From the NCBI GenBank assembly GCA_029256685.1, contig JAQSXL010000002.1, positions 1 to 37,049 on the forward strand: DNA of 37,049 bases. The letters run 5' to 3'. Below, one piece after another: positions 15,726-24,976 of the stretch. The notes below the pieces were generated by a model. It saw nothing but the letters and a program-made list of their open reading frames with translations. It did not search any database and had not been told where the DNA came from. A program made the position numbers and the translations under genes. This DNA comes from Gammaproteobacteria bacterium (GTDB lineage: Bacteria; Pseudomonadota; Gammaproteobacteria; JAQSXL01). Numbering within the stretch: position 1 is the first letter of the stretch; the number at the start of each line of letters is the position of its first letter.

Positions 15726-16925
15726 ATGCAACTTTGGGCACCTAACAGCTGGCATCACAAGTTTAATGCGCAGGCCATTGAGTATGAGTCGGTGGCCAAT
15801 TTACAACGGGTAGTTGCCGAGTTAAGCCATTCTCCACCGCTAGTTACGGTGGCTGAAATTGACACTTTAAAACATCACTTAGCAAAAGCCGCAGCAGGAC
15901 AGCAGTTTATTTTGCAAGGTGGTAATTGTGTTGAAACCTTTGCCGAGTGTGAAACTAATATTATTGCCGGTCAGCTTTGGATGTTGTCACAAATGGGCTT
16001 GGTGTTAGAGCGAGGACTTAACAAGCCTATTGTAAAAATCGGTAGACTAGCGGGCCAATACGCAAAACCTCGTTCGGCGAATACGGAAATTTATAAGGGT
16101 ACGGAACTGTTTAGTTACCGTGGCGATTTAATTAATTCCATAGAACCAAGCCTAATTGCCAGAACACCCGCGCCCGAACGCTTATTAGAAGGTTATCATT
16201 GTGCGGCGCGAACGCTTGCCGATATTAGGGCGTTAACCTTAAGTGAGTTAGCTAACGAGCAAGCAGACATTCAATTTTATGTTAGCCATGAGGCTTTGCA
16301 TTTGGCTTATGAACAAGCCTTAACTCGCCAAGTCAAGAACCGCTGGTATAATTTAGCCACTCATTTTTTATGGGTAGGGGCACGAACTAATCAAATAGAT
16401 GGAGCACAAATTGAATATGTACGCGGGCTTTCGAACCCCATAGGGATTAAAATTGCTCCTGCAATGCAGCCAGAGGTTTTGGTAAAATTAGTTGAGTTAC
16501 TCAATCCCGCTGATGAGCCCGGCCGTTTGGTGCTGATTAACCGGTTAGGTATTGAACATATTCAAGCTAAATTGCCAAGTCTTATCGAGGCTATACAAGC
16601 CAGTGGGCGCACGGTAAGCTGGATGTTAGACCCCATGCATGGTAATACCCGTTTAACGGCTAAAGGCATTAAAACCCGCTATTTTTCCGATGTATTGGCA
16701 GAAATTGAACAAGCCCTACTGATCCACAGAGCTAAGCAGAGCTACTTGGCGGGCATTCATTTAGAAATGACAGCCGAGAATGTTACCGAATGCCTGGGGG
16801 GATTAGCGGGCATTACCGAGCAAGATTTAGCATTTGCTTATAAAACCTTGATTGATCCGAGGTTAAACCGGGAGCAGGCGCTAGAACTTGTAACCCGGAT
16901 GGTGGCTTTGGTTAATACACCTTAA
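15726..16925 (+). CDS. 3-deoxy-7-phosphoheptulonate (DAHP) synthase, class II, short form
   Basis: Class II hallmarks: N-terminal W.P.SW, GQYAKPRS, SHEALHLAYEQALTR, WVGARTNQIDGAQIEYVRGLSNPIGIK and DPMHGNT. Confidence 0.85.
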   Translation: MQLWAPNSWHHKFNAQAIEYESVANLQRVVAELSHSPPLVTVAEIDTLKHHLAKAAAGQQFILQGGNCVETFAECETNIIAGQLWMLSQMGLVLERGLNKPIVKIGRLAGQYAKPRSANTEIYKGTELFSYRGDLINSIEPSLIARTPAPERLLEGYHCAARTLADIRALTLSELANEQADIQFYVSHEALHLAYEQALTRQVKNRWYNLATHFLWVGARTNQIDGAQIEYVRGLSNPIGIKIAPAMQPEVLVKLVELLNPADEPGRLVLINRLGIEHIQAKLPSLIEAIQASGRTVSWMLDPMHGNTRLTAKGIKTRYFSDVLAEIEQALLIHRAKQSYLAGIHLEMTAENVTECLGGLAGITEQDLAFAYKTLIDPRLNREQALELVTRMVALVNTP

Positions 16926-17053
16926 GTTTTTCAGCTAGGATTTACGATTTATTAAGCCTAAAAATTGCTATTTTGTTTAAAGAGCAAAAGGCTTATCAAT
17001 AAGAGATAGAAAAAGGATAGTTTAACGCGATTTTCAACTTTTTTTCTAAGAAA

Positions 17054-17135
17054 TGGGTGGGCTAAGGCGAGGACTCCCGCGCACGCAGTTTACGAGTACG
17101 ATGGAGGGACTTAAGCGACAGGACCCAAATCCTGG
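17054..17135. repeat. Intergenic repeat copy R1 (about 80 bp)
   Basis: It shares TGG.TGG..CTAAGGCG.GGAC, GGACTTAAG.GAC and a G.ACCC.A.TCCTG tail with copy R2 at 17783-17933. Confidence 0.5.
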
Positions 17136-17192
17136 TTAAAAAAATTGAGCATCGCGTTAGTTTATCCAAAACTTAATTTCAGCCGGAATTTT

Positions 17193-17744
17193 ATGCGAAG
17201 TTTTGTTGCGATTATGGTAGATAAGCGAATTAAGCAATTGGTACAGCAAATCATTACCGAGCTGCGCTGGCTGCCTCATACCCAGGTTATTCGCTGGATG
17301 AACTTAGAAAAACTGCACCTAACTCTGCAGTTTTTGGGCGATCTGAATCCTGAGCAGCTAGTGTATATGTTACAGCAGCTACCACTGGCCGTAAGAAAAC
17401 TAACTAACTTTGTTATTAAACCCTCCCATATAGAATTATTTCCTAGTACTGGGCGACCTATCGTGATCGCTTTACGTTTTAAGCCCGAAGCTAAATTGGA
17501 TCAGTTAGCCGATTTAGTCAAAGGTGTGGCAGTAGAGGCGGGAGTAAATTTAAGTTCTCGGCCATTTTGGCCGCATCTCACCCTAGGGCGACTTAAAGCG
17601 CAGCCCTATCCGCTAATTAATGATATAATAATCCCACATGAACAAGTTTTTGCTATAAAACAGCTGACCCTATTAGAAAGTAAGCCACAGACAAGTGGTT
17701 CACTTTATATACCCATTCAGAGTTTTTACTTGGCTAAGCCGTGA
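17193..17744 (+). CDS. thpR: RNA 2',3'-cyclic phosphodiesterase (2'-5' RNA ligase family, 2H)
   Basis: Two HxTx motifs (LHLTLQFLG and WPHLTLGRL). I prefer the ATG at 17193 (MRSFVAI...) over the TTG at 17145 given in the track. Confidence 0.8.
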   Translation: MRSFVAIMVDKRIKQLVQQIITELRWLPHTQVIRWMNLEKLHLTLQFLGDLNPEQLVYMLQQLPLAVRKLTNFVIKPSHIELFPSTGRPIVIALRFKPEAKLDQLADLVKGVAVEAGVNLSSRPFWPHLTLGRLKAQPYPLINDIIIPHEQVFAIKQLTLLESKPQTSGSLYIPIQSFYLAKP

Positions 17745-17782
17745 TGAGTATTTCACCCAAGCTTTTCAGGTATTTTAAAATT

Positions 17783-17933
17783 GGATGGTACTAAGGCGGG
17801 GACCCTATTGCCCTCAGCTATCGCGAGGACAGGGGGAGGACTTAAGTGACTAGAACTCTTGCATAACCTCCATGGCAGGCCAATCTCTATGAAAAAAGTA
17901 GGTTATGCAAGAGCTCTACTGAACCCCATCCTG
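17783..17933. repeat. Intergenic repeat copy R2 (R1-like, carrying an extra hairpin module)
   Basis: Same conserved blocks as R1, with termini GGATGG and CCATCC. It holds an internal 14-bp perfect inverted repeat: CTCTTGCATAACCT (17856-17869) and AGGTTATGCAAGAG (17900-17913). Confidence 0.5.
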
Positions 17934-17962
17934 TTAATCTGAAAATTTTGGCTGAAATACTT

Positions 17963-20017
17963 ATGTCAACCTTACACAATCATTTAGTTAATGAAACCAG
18001 CCCTTATCTGTTGCAGCATGTGAATAACCCGGTTGATTGGTATCCGTGGAATTCAGAGGCATTGGCACAAGCAAAATCAGCAAATAAACCCATTTTACTT
18101 TCCATTGGGTATGCCGCTTGTCACTGGTGTCATGTCATGGCGTATGAATCCTTTGAAGATGAAGAAACGGCCTTATTAATGAATCGCTGGTTTATTAATA
18201 TTAAAGTCGATAGGGAAGAACGACCAGATTTGGATAAAATTTATCAAACTGCGCACCAGTTATTAGCGCAGCGTAGTGGCGGGTGGCCGTTAACTATATT
18301 CTTAAACCCTCACAATTTAACACCATTTTATACCGGCACCTACTTTCCTAAAGAGCCGCGCTATGGTTTGCCGGCTTTTAAACAAATTCTACAGGGGGTA
18401 GTCAATTTTTATCACGAAAATCAAGCAGCGGTCATCGCTAGAAATCAACAATTACGAACTGTGCTTAAGCAACTGACTCAAACAGCAGCGAGTCTAGCTG
18501 GATTAACTAGCGCTTCTTTACAAACCGCTAGAGATGAGCTCGTTCAGCAATTTGATCCTCAGCAGGGTGGTTTTGGACTTGCACCCAAGTTTCCGCAGCC
18601 TAGTTACCTGGATTTTCTATTGCATTATAGTGCTAATCATAAACGACAGGATAAGCAGGTATTAGGAGTTATTGAAATAACCTTAACTAAAATGGCTGAA
18701 GGTGGTATTTATGATCAGCTTGGTGGGGGATTTTATCGCTATAGTGTGGATGAGCGTTGGGAAATCCCCCATTTTGAAAAAATGCTCTATGACAATGCCC
18801 AGTTTTTAAGTATTTATGCTGCGGCTTATGCCCTCATGCCACAACCCCTTTATGCCCAAATTACTCATGAAACTGCCGCTTGGATTAGCAAAGATATGCA
18901 ATCACCCCAGGGTGGATATTATGCAACTCGTGATGCTGATTCGGAGGGCGAAGAGGGTAAATATTATTATTGGAGCAGAGAAGAATTAAAGCGGCTGCTG
19001 ACTCCGGAGGAGTATAGTATTGTGCTGCTTTATTGGGGTATTAATCAATCTGCTAATTTTGAAAACCATTGGCATCTTCATATTAACCAGGCATTAGCAG
19101 CGGTAGCACAACAACTTAATATTACAGAGGAAACTGCGCAAGCCAAGCTTGCCTCTGTTAAGCAAAAAATGCTGCAAGCTAGGAATAACCGTATTCCTCC
19201 CTTGCGGGATGAAAAAATATTGACTGCATGGAATGGCCTTATGATTAAAGGCATGGCACAGGCTGGGATTTATCTGCATGAGCTGAACTATATTAATTCC
19301 GCTCAACAGGCCGTTGATTTTATTCGGCAAAATTTATGGCAAGAAGGGCGCTTATTGGCTAGTTATAAAGATGGACAGGCTAAGCATAAGGCTTATTTAG
19401 ATGATTATGCTTTTTTACTCGAGGGCCTATTAACGCTTTTGCAAGCCAAGTGGCGTAGTCGAGATTTGCAGTTTGCCATTGAGCTGGCCGAAGGACTATT
19501 AAAATATTATCAAGACGAGCAGCAAGGTGGTTTTTTCTTTACCGCACATGACCATGAATCTCTGATTCAACGTCCCAAACCTTTTTTTGATGAAGCTATT
19601 CCCACGGGGAATAGTATAGCGGCGCTTGCCCTCGCACGATTAGGTTATCTCATAGGCAATTCAACTTATATAATCGCGGCTGAAAATACCTTAAAAGCCG
19701 CTAGCTATTATTTACAGCAAGCGCCACATGGCTGTGCCAGTATGTTGCAGGCGCTGCAAGATTATCTTAATCCTCCGGCTATGATTGTATTACGGGGTAA
19801 GGCGGAATTATTGAAAAGATGGCAAAATGAGGTTTTACAGGATTATCATCCCGAGCGCTTATGTTTCGCTATACCCAATGAAGCCGATAATCTACCCGAG
19901 AAATTGGCGCAAATGATTAGTCTTGACTCGATTACGGCTTATATTTGTCAAGGGCAGCAATGCTTAGCGCCTATCACAGAATTGGAAGCTTTTAAGCTGG
20001 CCTTAAATAATGGCTAA
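17963..20017 (+). CDS. Thioredoxin-domain protein, YyaL/DUF255 family (thioredoxin fold plus six-hairpin glycosidase-like domain)
   Basis: [30 protein letters not shown], and a long alpha/alpha-toroid-like C-terminal part. The ATG at 17963 is preferred over the TTG at 17948. Confidence 0.8.
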   Translation: MSTLHNHLVNETSPYLLQHVNNPVDWYPWNSEALAQAKSANKPILLSIGYAACHWCHVMAYESFEDEETALLMNRWFINIKVDREERPDLDKIYQTAHQLLAQRSGGWPLTIFLNPHNLTPFYTGTYFPKEPRYGLPAFKQILQGVVNFYHENQAAVIARNQQLRTVLKQLTQTAASLAGLTSASLQTARDELVQQFDPQQGGFGLAPKFPQPSYLDFLLHYSANHKRQDKQVLGVIEITLTKMAEGGIYDQLGGGFYRYSVDERWEIPHFEKMLYDNAQFLSIYAAAYALMPQPLYAQITHETAAWISKDMQSPQGGYYATRDADSEGEEGKYYYWSREELKRLLTPEEYSIVLLYWGINQSANFENHWHLHINQALAAVAQQLNITEETAQAKLASVKQKMLQARNNRIPPLRDEKILTAWNGLMIKGMAQAGIYLHELNYINSAQQAVDFIRQNLWQEGRLLASYKDGQAKHKAYLDDYAFLLEGLLTLLQAKWRSRDLQFAIELAEGLLKYYQDEQQGGFFFTAHDHESLIQRPKPFFDEAIPTGNSIAALALARLGYLIGNSTYIIAAENTLKAASYYLQQAPHGCASMLQALQDYLNPPAMIVLRGKAELLKRWQNEVLQDYHPERLCFAIPNEADNLPEKLAQMISLDSITAYICQGQQCLAPITELEAFKLALNNG

Positions 20018-20157
20018 ACCAATTTTGCTGGGCATTAGTTGTTAGCATAACTTATTCTGTATAAGCTGAAAAATAACCTTCTGGAAAACCTTAATCGTGC
20101 GATCATGGCTATGCCAAGCTGCGTCAATGCGTTGTGAGTTATGTTCATGCTATACGT

Positions 20158-20568
20158 CTAATTTTTTATAATTCTTGGCCAGCGTTTATGAAGGTGTTGA
20201 TTAGCCTCGGCCTCTACCGTGACAATATACACGCGTAATTCATCACCATAGCGGGCAACTAACCCTTGGATGTATTCATCCTCTGCTAAATTAAACCAGT
20301 GACTTATGCCCTCCTTATCTTTTTCCATAAAATGTTTAATAGCCAATTTCGCAGGTTTTGCTTGATATTTATCCCAGGTACTTTTTTTAATGGATTCTAG
20401 GCGTGCCCAGCCACCTAAAGGTAATTTCCCGGGTTGTTTTTCCCGTCGCCCCCAGGGCAATAAGCCAATACTGCCATCTTTTTTTAGCACGGGCAGCAAC
20501 GATTTGGGATTAGGAAAATAAAAGCTTAACTCCCGTTCTTGATAATTAAATTTGATGCCACCACACAT
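20158..20568 (-). CDS. Compact SRAP (YedK)-like protein, 136 aa; tentative
   Basis: The internal ATG at 20568 gives an MCGG... N-terminus (Cys2). By-eye collinear SRAP-like blocks are LPWG, GGWARLES, IKHFMEK, YIVTVEA and LHKRWPRI. It is much shorter than typical SRAP proteins. Confidence 0.4.
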   Translation of the reverse strand: MCGGIKFNYQERELSFYFPNPKSLLPVLKKDGSIGLLPWGRREKQPGKLPLGGWARLESIKKSTWDKYQAKPAKLAIKHFMEKDKEGISHWFNLAEDEYIQGLVARYGDELRVYIVTVEAEANQHLHKRWPRIIKN

Positions 20569-20743
20569 ATGCAAATGCCCTATCATAAGCGAGTTTCGCA
20601 AGAGAACTACTAGCCAATTTGTTGTAAATAGAACAGAATTTTACCTCAAATCCTAGGCTAAGTTTAAGAAAATCTTAAGCTTGTAAAATAATTAACCTGC
20701 CTTGGAATTAGCGGGGTAGGGCCGTGGGTAACTGTTTATACAA

Positions 20744-20878
20744 TAGAGTTCTTTCCAAACCCTCAGTGGTGAGACAAGGTCGCTACAAAAATTTGTGAAA
20801 AAGCGCAGAGTACATGAGCATTTTGAACCCATTTTTGTAGCGAGATTGGCCGCTAATGTGGGTTTGGAAAGAATTCTA
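20744..20878. repeat. 135-bp two-tier palindromic element (MITE-like or structured RNA)
   Basis: The outer 19-bp arms are TAGAGTTCTTTCCAAACCC (20744-20762) and GGGTTTGGAAAGAATTCTA (20860-20878), with 1 mismatch. The inner 13-bp perfect arms are TCGCTACAAAAAT (20780-20792) and ATTTTTGTAGCGA (20831-20843). Confidence 0.6.
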
Positions 20879-21047
20879 ATGTCTTTGCCATGACTGATGC
20901 CAATAAAAGCCATAACTCTTGAACTTTTAGTAAGGTCAAGATATAAACTTGTATAATCTTAAAAACGGTTGTTTTAGATAATCCGGCTAGTACGGTCTAA
21001 TTGGCTATGTTACGATCCATTCTCTTTAATTGTTAAGAGCGTAAAAT

Positions 21048-21779
21048 ATGTTGACTCGCATACTGGTGAATGGGGCTAACGGGCGTATGGGTCAAGAGGC
21101 CGTTAAAGCAATTAAGGCTACTCACGACTTAATCCTGGTGGGTCAAACTAGCCGTGATGATGATTTGGCTCAGCTTATTAACAGCACTCAGGCTCAGGTA
21201 GTCATCGATTTTACCAATGCCGAGGTGGTATTTGCTAATAGTAAAGCTATTATTGAAGCGGGTGCTCACCCAGTAATTGGCACAAGTGGTTTATTTGCAG
21301 ACCAAATAGAGCAACTGCAAGCATTAAGCGCTGCTAAACAGTTAGGCGGTATTATTGCCCCTAATTTTTCCATAGGCGCAATCTTAATGATGCGCTTTGC
21401 CGCGGAGGCAGCCCGTTATTTTGCTAATGCCGAAATTATAGAAATACACCATCCGGACAAATTGGATGCACCCTCTGGCACGGCCGTTAAAACCGCCGAG
21501 ATGATGGCTAAGGTTCGTAGAGAGCGGCCATTACAGCGCACTGAGAAAGAGCTGTTACCAGGGGCAAGAGGCGCTAACTTAGCTGAGGTGCATATTCATT
21601 CCCTGCGTTTACCGGGGACCTTAGCCGAGCAAGAGGTATTATTGGGTGGAGCGGGGGAAACGTTAAGTATCCGGCATCATACCTTGAGCCGCGAAACTTT
21701 TATGACAGGTGTTTTATTAGCTTGCCGAAAAGTACTAGAGTTAGATACACTGGTATATGGATTAGAAAACCTAGTGTGA
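21048..21779 (+). CDS. dapB: 4-hydroxy-tetrahydrodipicolinate reductase
   Basis: N-terminal GANGRMG Rossmann motif and EIHHPDKLDAPSGTA. Confidence 0.9.
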   Translation: MLTRILVNGANGRMGQEAVKAIKATHDLILVGQTSRDDDLAQLINSTQAQVVIDFTNAEVVFANSKAIIEAGAHPVIGTSGLFADQIEQLQALSAAKQLGGIIAPNFSIGAILMMRFAAEAARYFANAEIIEIHHPDKLDAPSGTAVKTAEMMAKVRRERPLQRTEKELLPGARGANLAEVHIHSLRLPGTLAEQEVLLGGAGETLSIRHHTLSRETFMTGVLLACRKVLELDTLVYGLENLV

Positions 21780-21782
21780 TAA

Positions 21783-22037
21783 ATGATGACTAAAATAACC
21801 AAAGAAAAACTTAATTTAGAGCAAGCCTTAGACGAGCTGAATGCTTTAGTTGAAAAAATGGAGCAGGGCGAACTCAACTTAGAAGAGGCCTTAAAAGATT
21901 TCGAGCGCGGCGTCCTGTTAACCCGCCATTGTCAAAAACTGTTAACCGATGCGGAGCAGAAGGTACAAATTCTGATGCAGCAAGAGGGACAAGTTGTCTT
22001 AACAAATTATCAAACCGATAGCCAAGCCAATGATTGA
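21783..22037 (+). CDS. xseB: Exodeoxyribonuclease VII small subunit
   Basis: LEQALDELNALVEKMEQGELNLEEALKDFERGVLLTRHCQKLLTDAEQKV matches the XseB pattern. Size is 84 aa and it sits directly upstream of ispA. Confidence 0.85.
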   Translation: MMTKITKEKLNLEQALDELNALVEKMEQGELNLEEALKDFERGVLLTRHCQKLLTDAEQKVQILMQQEGQVVLTNYQTDSQAND

Positions 22038-22884
22038 GAACTTCATTCTACGTTGTCAGCAACGTATTAACCGACTTTTAATTCAAAATCTATCTTACAT
22101 GACGGAAGTTCCCGGCCGTCTACAACAAGCCATGAGTTATGTTGTGCTCAATGGCGGTAAGCGGATTAGGCCGGCTTTAATTTATGCAACAGCAGAAGCC
22201 TTGGGAATTGGTTGGCATAAACTGGATAGTGTAGCTTGTGCGATTGAGTTTATTCATGCCTATTCCTTGGTTCATGATGATTTACCCGCTATGGATGACG
22301 ATGAGTTTAGGCGTGGCCAGTTGACTTGCCATAAGGCTTTCGATGAGGCCACGGCCATATTAGTGGGGGATGCTTTGCAAAGCTTGGCATTTGAGGTGAT
22401 TAGCCGGGATGAACTGCTGCCCGCGGAACAGCGTATTCACTTAATACAAATTTTAGCAAAAGCCGCGGGTGCTGCTGGTATGGTAGGCGGACAGGCAATG
22501 GATCTTGCTGCCACTAACCAGCGGCTAACATTGCCGGAATTATGCACCATCCATGAATATAAAACGGGGGCATTGCTAAAAGCCTGTGTAGAGTTTCCCT
22601 TAGTCCTTTGCCATGATAAGAGTCCCGTTGAAATGGCCTTGCTCAGTTATGCACAAGCCATTGGGCTTGCTTTTCAAATTAAAGATGATTTACTGGATTA
22701 CGCACAGGCTATAGAGAAACAAGATAATCAAGAACCTTCCTTTGCGCTCTTAGTTAATTACAGCCAAACTGAGCAAAAATTGCATGAGTTATATCAACAG
22801 GCTCTAAAGGCCTTGCAGTTTTTTGGGCAAGAGGCGGATTATTTACGGGAGCTAGCCGGATTTATTATTAAACGTACCCAGTAA
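22030..22884 (+). CDS. ispA: Farnesyl diphosphate synthase ((2E,6E)-FPP synthase)
   Basis: FARM motif LVHDDLPAMDDDEFRRG and second Asp-rich motif FQIKDDLLD. It overlaps the xseB stop. Confidence 0.9.
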   Translation: MIENFILRCQQRINRLLIQNLSYMTEVPGRLQQAMSYVVLNGGKRIRPALIYATAEALGIGWHKLDSVACAIEFIHAYSLVHDDLPAMDDDEFRRGQLTCHKAFDEATAILVGDALQSLAFEVISRDELLPAEQRIHLIQILAKAAGAAGMVGGQAMDLAATNQRLTLPELCTIHEYKTGALLKACVEFPLVLCHDKSPVEMALLSYAQAIGLAFQIKDDLLDYAQAIEKQDNQEPSFALLVNYSQTEQKLHELYQQALKALQFFGQEADYLRELAGFIIKRTQ

Positions 22885-23006
22885 AGGCTTATTAACTAAT
22901 TAAAGCCTTCCTTCAAGCTATTATTTAGAATAAAGGGTATAAAGCTTAATGACTTTTGTCGGCTATTTCTTTAGAATGCAAACCAATATATTAGGAGTAG
23001 AGCGCG

Positions 23007-23387
23007 ATGCAAAAATCTCAGCAAGGAGCAACGTTAATAGGGGTGATTTTATTTTGGGGCTTATTAGCTTTTTTCCTATATATTGCAATGTGTGTTACTC
23101 CCTTATATTTAGAAAACTATAATATAAAAAGTTCATTAGAATCGGTGCAATCTGATCCGGCTATTTTTTCACCTACTACGGTAGATGTTAAAGGTGCAAT
23201 TAGAGAGGGGCTGCGCAAACGGTTATCTATCAATAATGTTAAACGAGTTCAAATGAAAGATGTGGACATCAATGGCACCACTGGTGGGTATCTGGTAAAA
23301 GTTTCCTATGATGCTCAAACTAAGCTTTTTGCCAATATTGATATTGTTATTCATTTTAAAGAAGGTATTTTAATTAAAAAATTGTGA
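23007..23387 (+). CDS. DUF4845-like small membrane-anchored protein
   Basis: N-terminal pilin-like TM segment (GATLIGVILFWGLLAFFLYIAM). Its position immediately upstream of rnc is the one I recall for this family. Confidence 0.6.
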   Translation: MQKSQQGATLIGVILFWGLLAFFLYIAMCVTPLYLENYNIKSSLESVQSDPAIFSPTTVDVKGAIREGLRKRLSINNVKRVQMKDVDINGTTGGYLVKVSYDAQTKLFANIDIVIHFKEGILIKKL

Positions 23388-24067
23388 ACCAAGACTTATA
23401 TCTTTTAAGTAAAAAAATTGGCTATAGCTTTCAGAACATACAGCTATTTAAAGCTGCCCTCACTCATAGAAGTGTCCGCGGTTCTAACAATGAGAGACTC
23501 GAGTTTTTAGGTGATTCTATTGTTAATTTTGTTATTGCCGAAGAGTTATATAAACGTTTACCCTCGGCTAAAGAAGGTGAATTAAGCCGATTGCGAGCCA
23601 ATCTAGTCAAAGGTGAAACCTTAGCGGAATTGGCGCGGGAGTTTAATTTAGGGAATTACTTAAATTTAGGCCCTGGCGAATTAAAAAGCGGTGGTTTTAG
23701 GCGCGAGTCTATTTTAGCCGATGCTATAGAGGCCATTATAGGTGCTATATATCTGGATGGCGGTATCGCTCAGTGTCAGGCGTGTGTGCTAAAATGGTAT
23801 ACCGATAGGTTACAGCAACAAGCTTTGCAATTATATATCAAAGATGCGAAAACCAAATTACAAGAGTATTTGCAGAGCAGGGGTTTGGAGCTGCCTAATT
23901 ATGAAGTACTTAGTATTCAGGGCGAGGCACATGAACAAACTTTTTATGTGAGTTGTGTGGTAGTCAGTCTTGCAATGAATGCCGAAGGGATGGGTAGTAG
24001 CCGCCGTAAAGCCGAGCAAGAAGCCGCTAAAAATTTACTGGTTTTGCTAGAAAAGCCATTGTTATAA
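23384..24067 (+). CDS. rnc: Ribonuclease III
   Basis: Signature ERLEFLGDS, the AIIGAIYLDGG block and a C-terminal dsRBD. The GTG start overlaps the upstream stop (GTGA). Confidence 0.92.
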   Translation: MNQDLYLLSKKIGYSFQNIQLFKAALTHRSVRGSNNERLEFLGDSIVNFVIAEELYKRLPSAKEGELSRLRANLVKGETLAELAREFNLGNYLNLGPGELKSGGFRRESILADAIEAIIGAIYLDGGIAQCQACVLKWYTDRLQQQALQLYIKDAKTKLQEYLQSRGLELPNYEVLSIQGEAHEQTFYVSCVVVSLAMNAEGMGSSRRKAEQEAAKNLLVLLEKPLL

Positions 24068-24070
24068 GAT

Positions 24071-24976
24071 ATGAGCGATAAATATATGTCAAAACGCTGT
24101 GGATATGCGGCCATAGTTGGCCGTCCTAATGTTGGTAAATCAACCTTGTTGAATACTATTTTAGGCCAAAAAATTAGTATTACCTCGCGCAAACCACAAA
24201 CAACCCGTCACCAGATTTTAGGCATTCATACGGTTGGAAAAGCTCAAACAATTTATGTTGATACCCCAGGGTTACATGCCAATAGTAAACAAGCCTTAAA
24301 TCGCTATATGAATCGTGCAGCAAGCGCGGTATTAGAAGATGTAAGCGCTATTGTTTTTGTGGTAGATAGCCTGCTTTGGACCGAGGGTGATGAATTTGTG
24401 CTCGAGAAGCTAGCTAAGAGCAATGTGCCTATCATCGTTGCGGTTAATAAAGTAGATAAAATAACCGATAAAAATAAGTTGTTGCCACATTTGAAAAGTT
24501 TAGCCGAAAAATTGCCAAACTTTCATGACATTATTCCCATATCTGCTAAAACGGGTGCCAATGTCACCGAGCTGCAAACAAGGGTCGCTCAATTATTGCC
24601 TGAAGCCGAGCAATTTATTTTTTCTGAAGATGAAATTACGGCCAATAATGAACGTTTATTGGCCGCGGAAATAATCAGAGAGAAGATCATGCGTAGTCTA
24701 GGGCAAGAACTACCTTACTCAACAGCCGTAGAGCTTGAAACCTTTAATATGGTTGGCGAAATCCTGCATGTTTATGCCTCTATCTGGGTAGAGCGCAGCG
24801 GCCAAAAGGCTATTATTATTGGCAAAAAAGGTGAGATGCTAAAAAAAATTGGAACGCAAGCGCGGCTAGATCTTGAGAAATTATTTGAACAAAAGGTGTT
24901 TTTACAACTTTGGGTAAAAATACGCAGTGGCTGGTCAGATGACGAGCGTGCTTTGCGTAGTTTAGGCTATGAATAA
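24071..24976 (+). CDS. era: GTPase Era
   Basis: G1 [10 protein letters not shown]3 DTPG, G4 NKVD, and a C-terminal KH domain ([14 protein letters not shown]). Confidence 0.92.
   Translation: MSDKYMSKRCGYAAIVGRPNVGKSTLLNTILGQKISITSRKPQTTRHQILGIHTVGKAQTIYVDTPGLHANSKQALNRYMNRAASAVLEDVSAIVFVVDSLLWTEGDEFVLEKLAKSNVPIIVAVNKVDKITDKNKLLPHLKSLAEKLPNFHDIIPISAKTGANVTELQTRVAQLLPEAEQFIFSEDEITANNERLLAAEIIREKIMRSLGQELPYSTAVELETFNMVGEILHVYASIWVERSGQKAIIIGKKGEMLKKIGTQARLDLEKLFEQKVFLQLWVKIRSGWSDDERALRSLGYE

Noticed and set aside
20692-20913. A 73-aa minus-strand ORF in the dapB upstream region.
   Set aside because: It is built almost entirely from the 135-bp palindromic element (20744-20878). It has no SD and no motif. 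The palindrome is the more economical explanation.
22884-22909. A hairpin, AAGGCTT/AAGCCTT, after ispA, considered as a terminator. The absence of dxs downstream of ispA was also noted.
   Set aside because: The 7-bp stem has no following U-tract, so it is not reported as a terminator. The xseB-ispA pair without dxs is a normal gene-order variation, not an anomaly.
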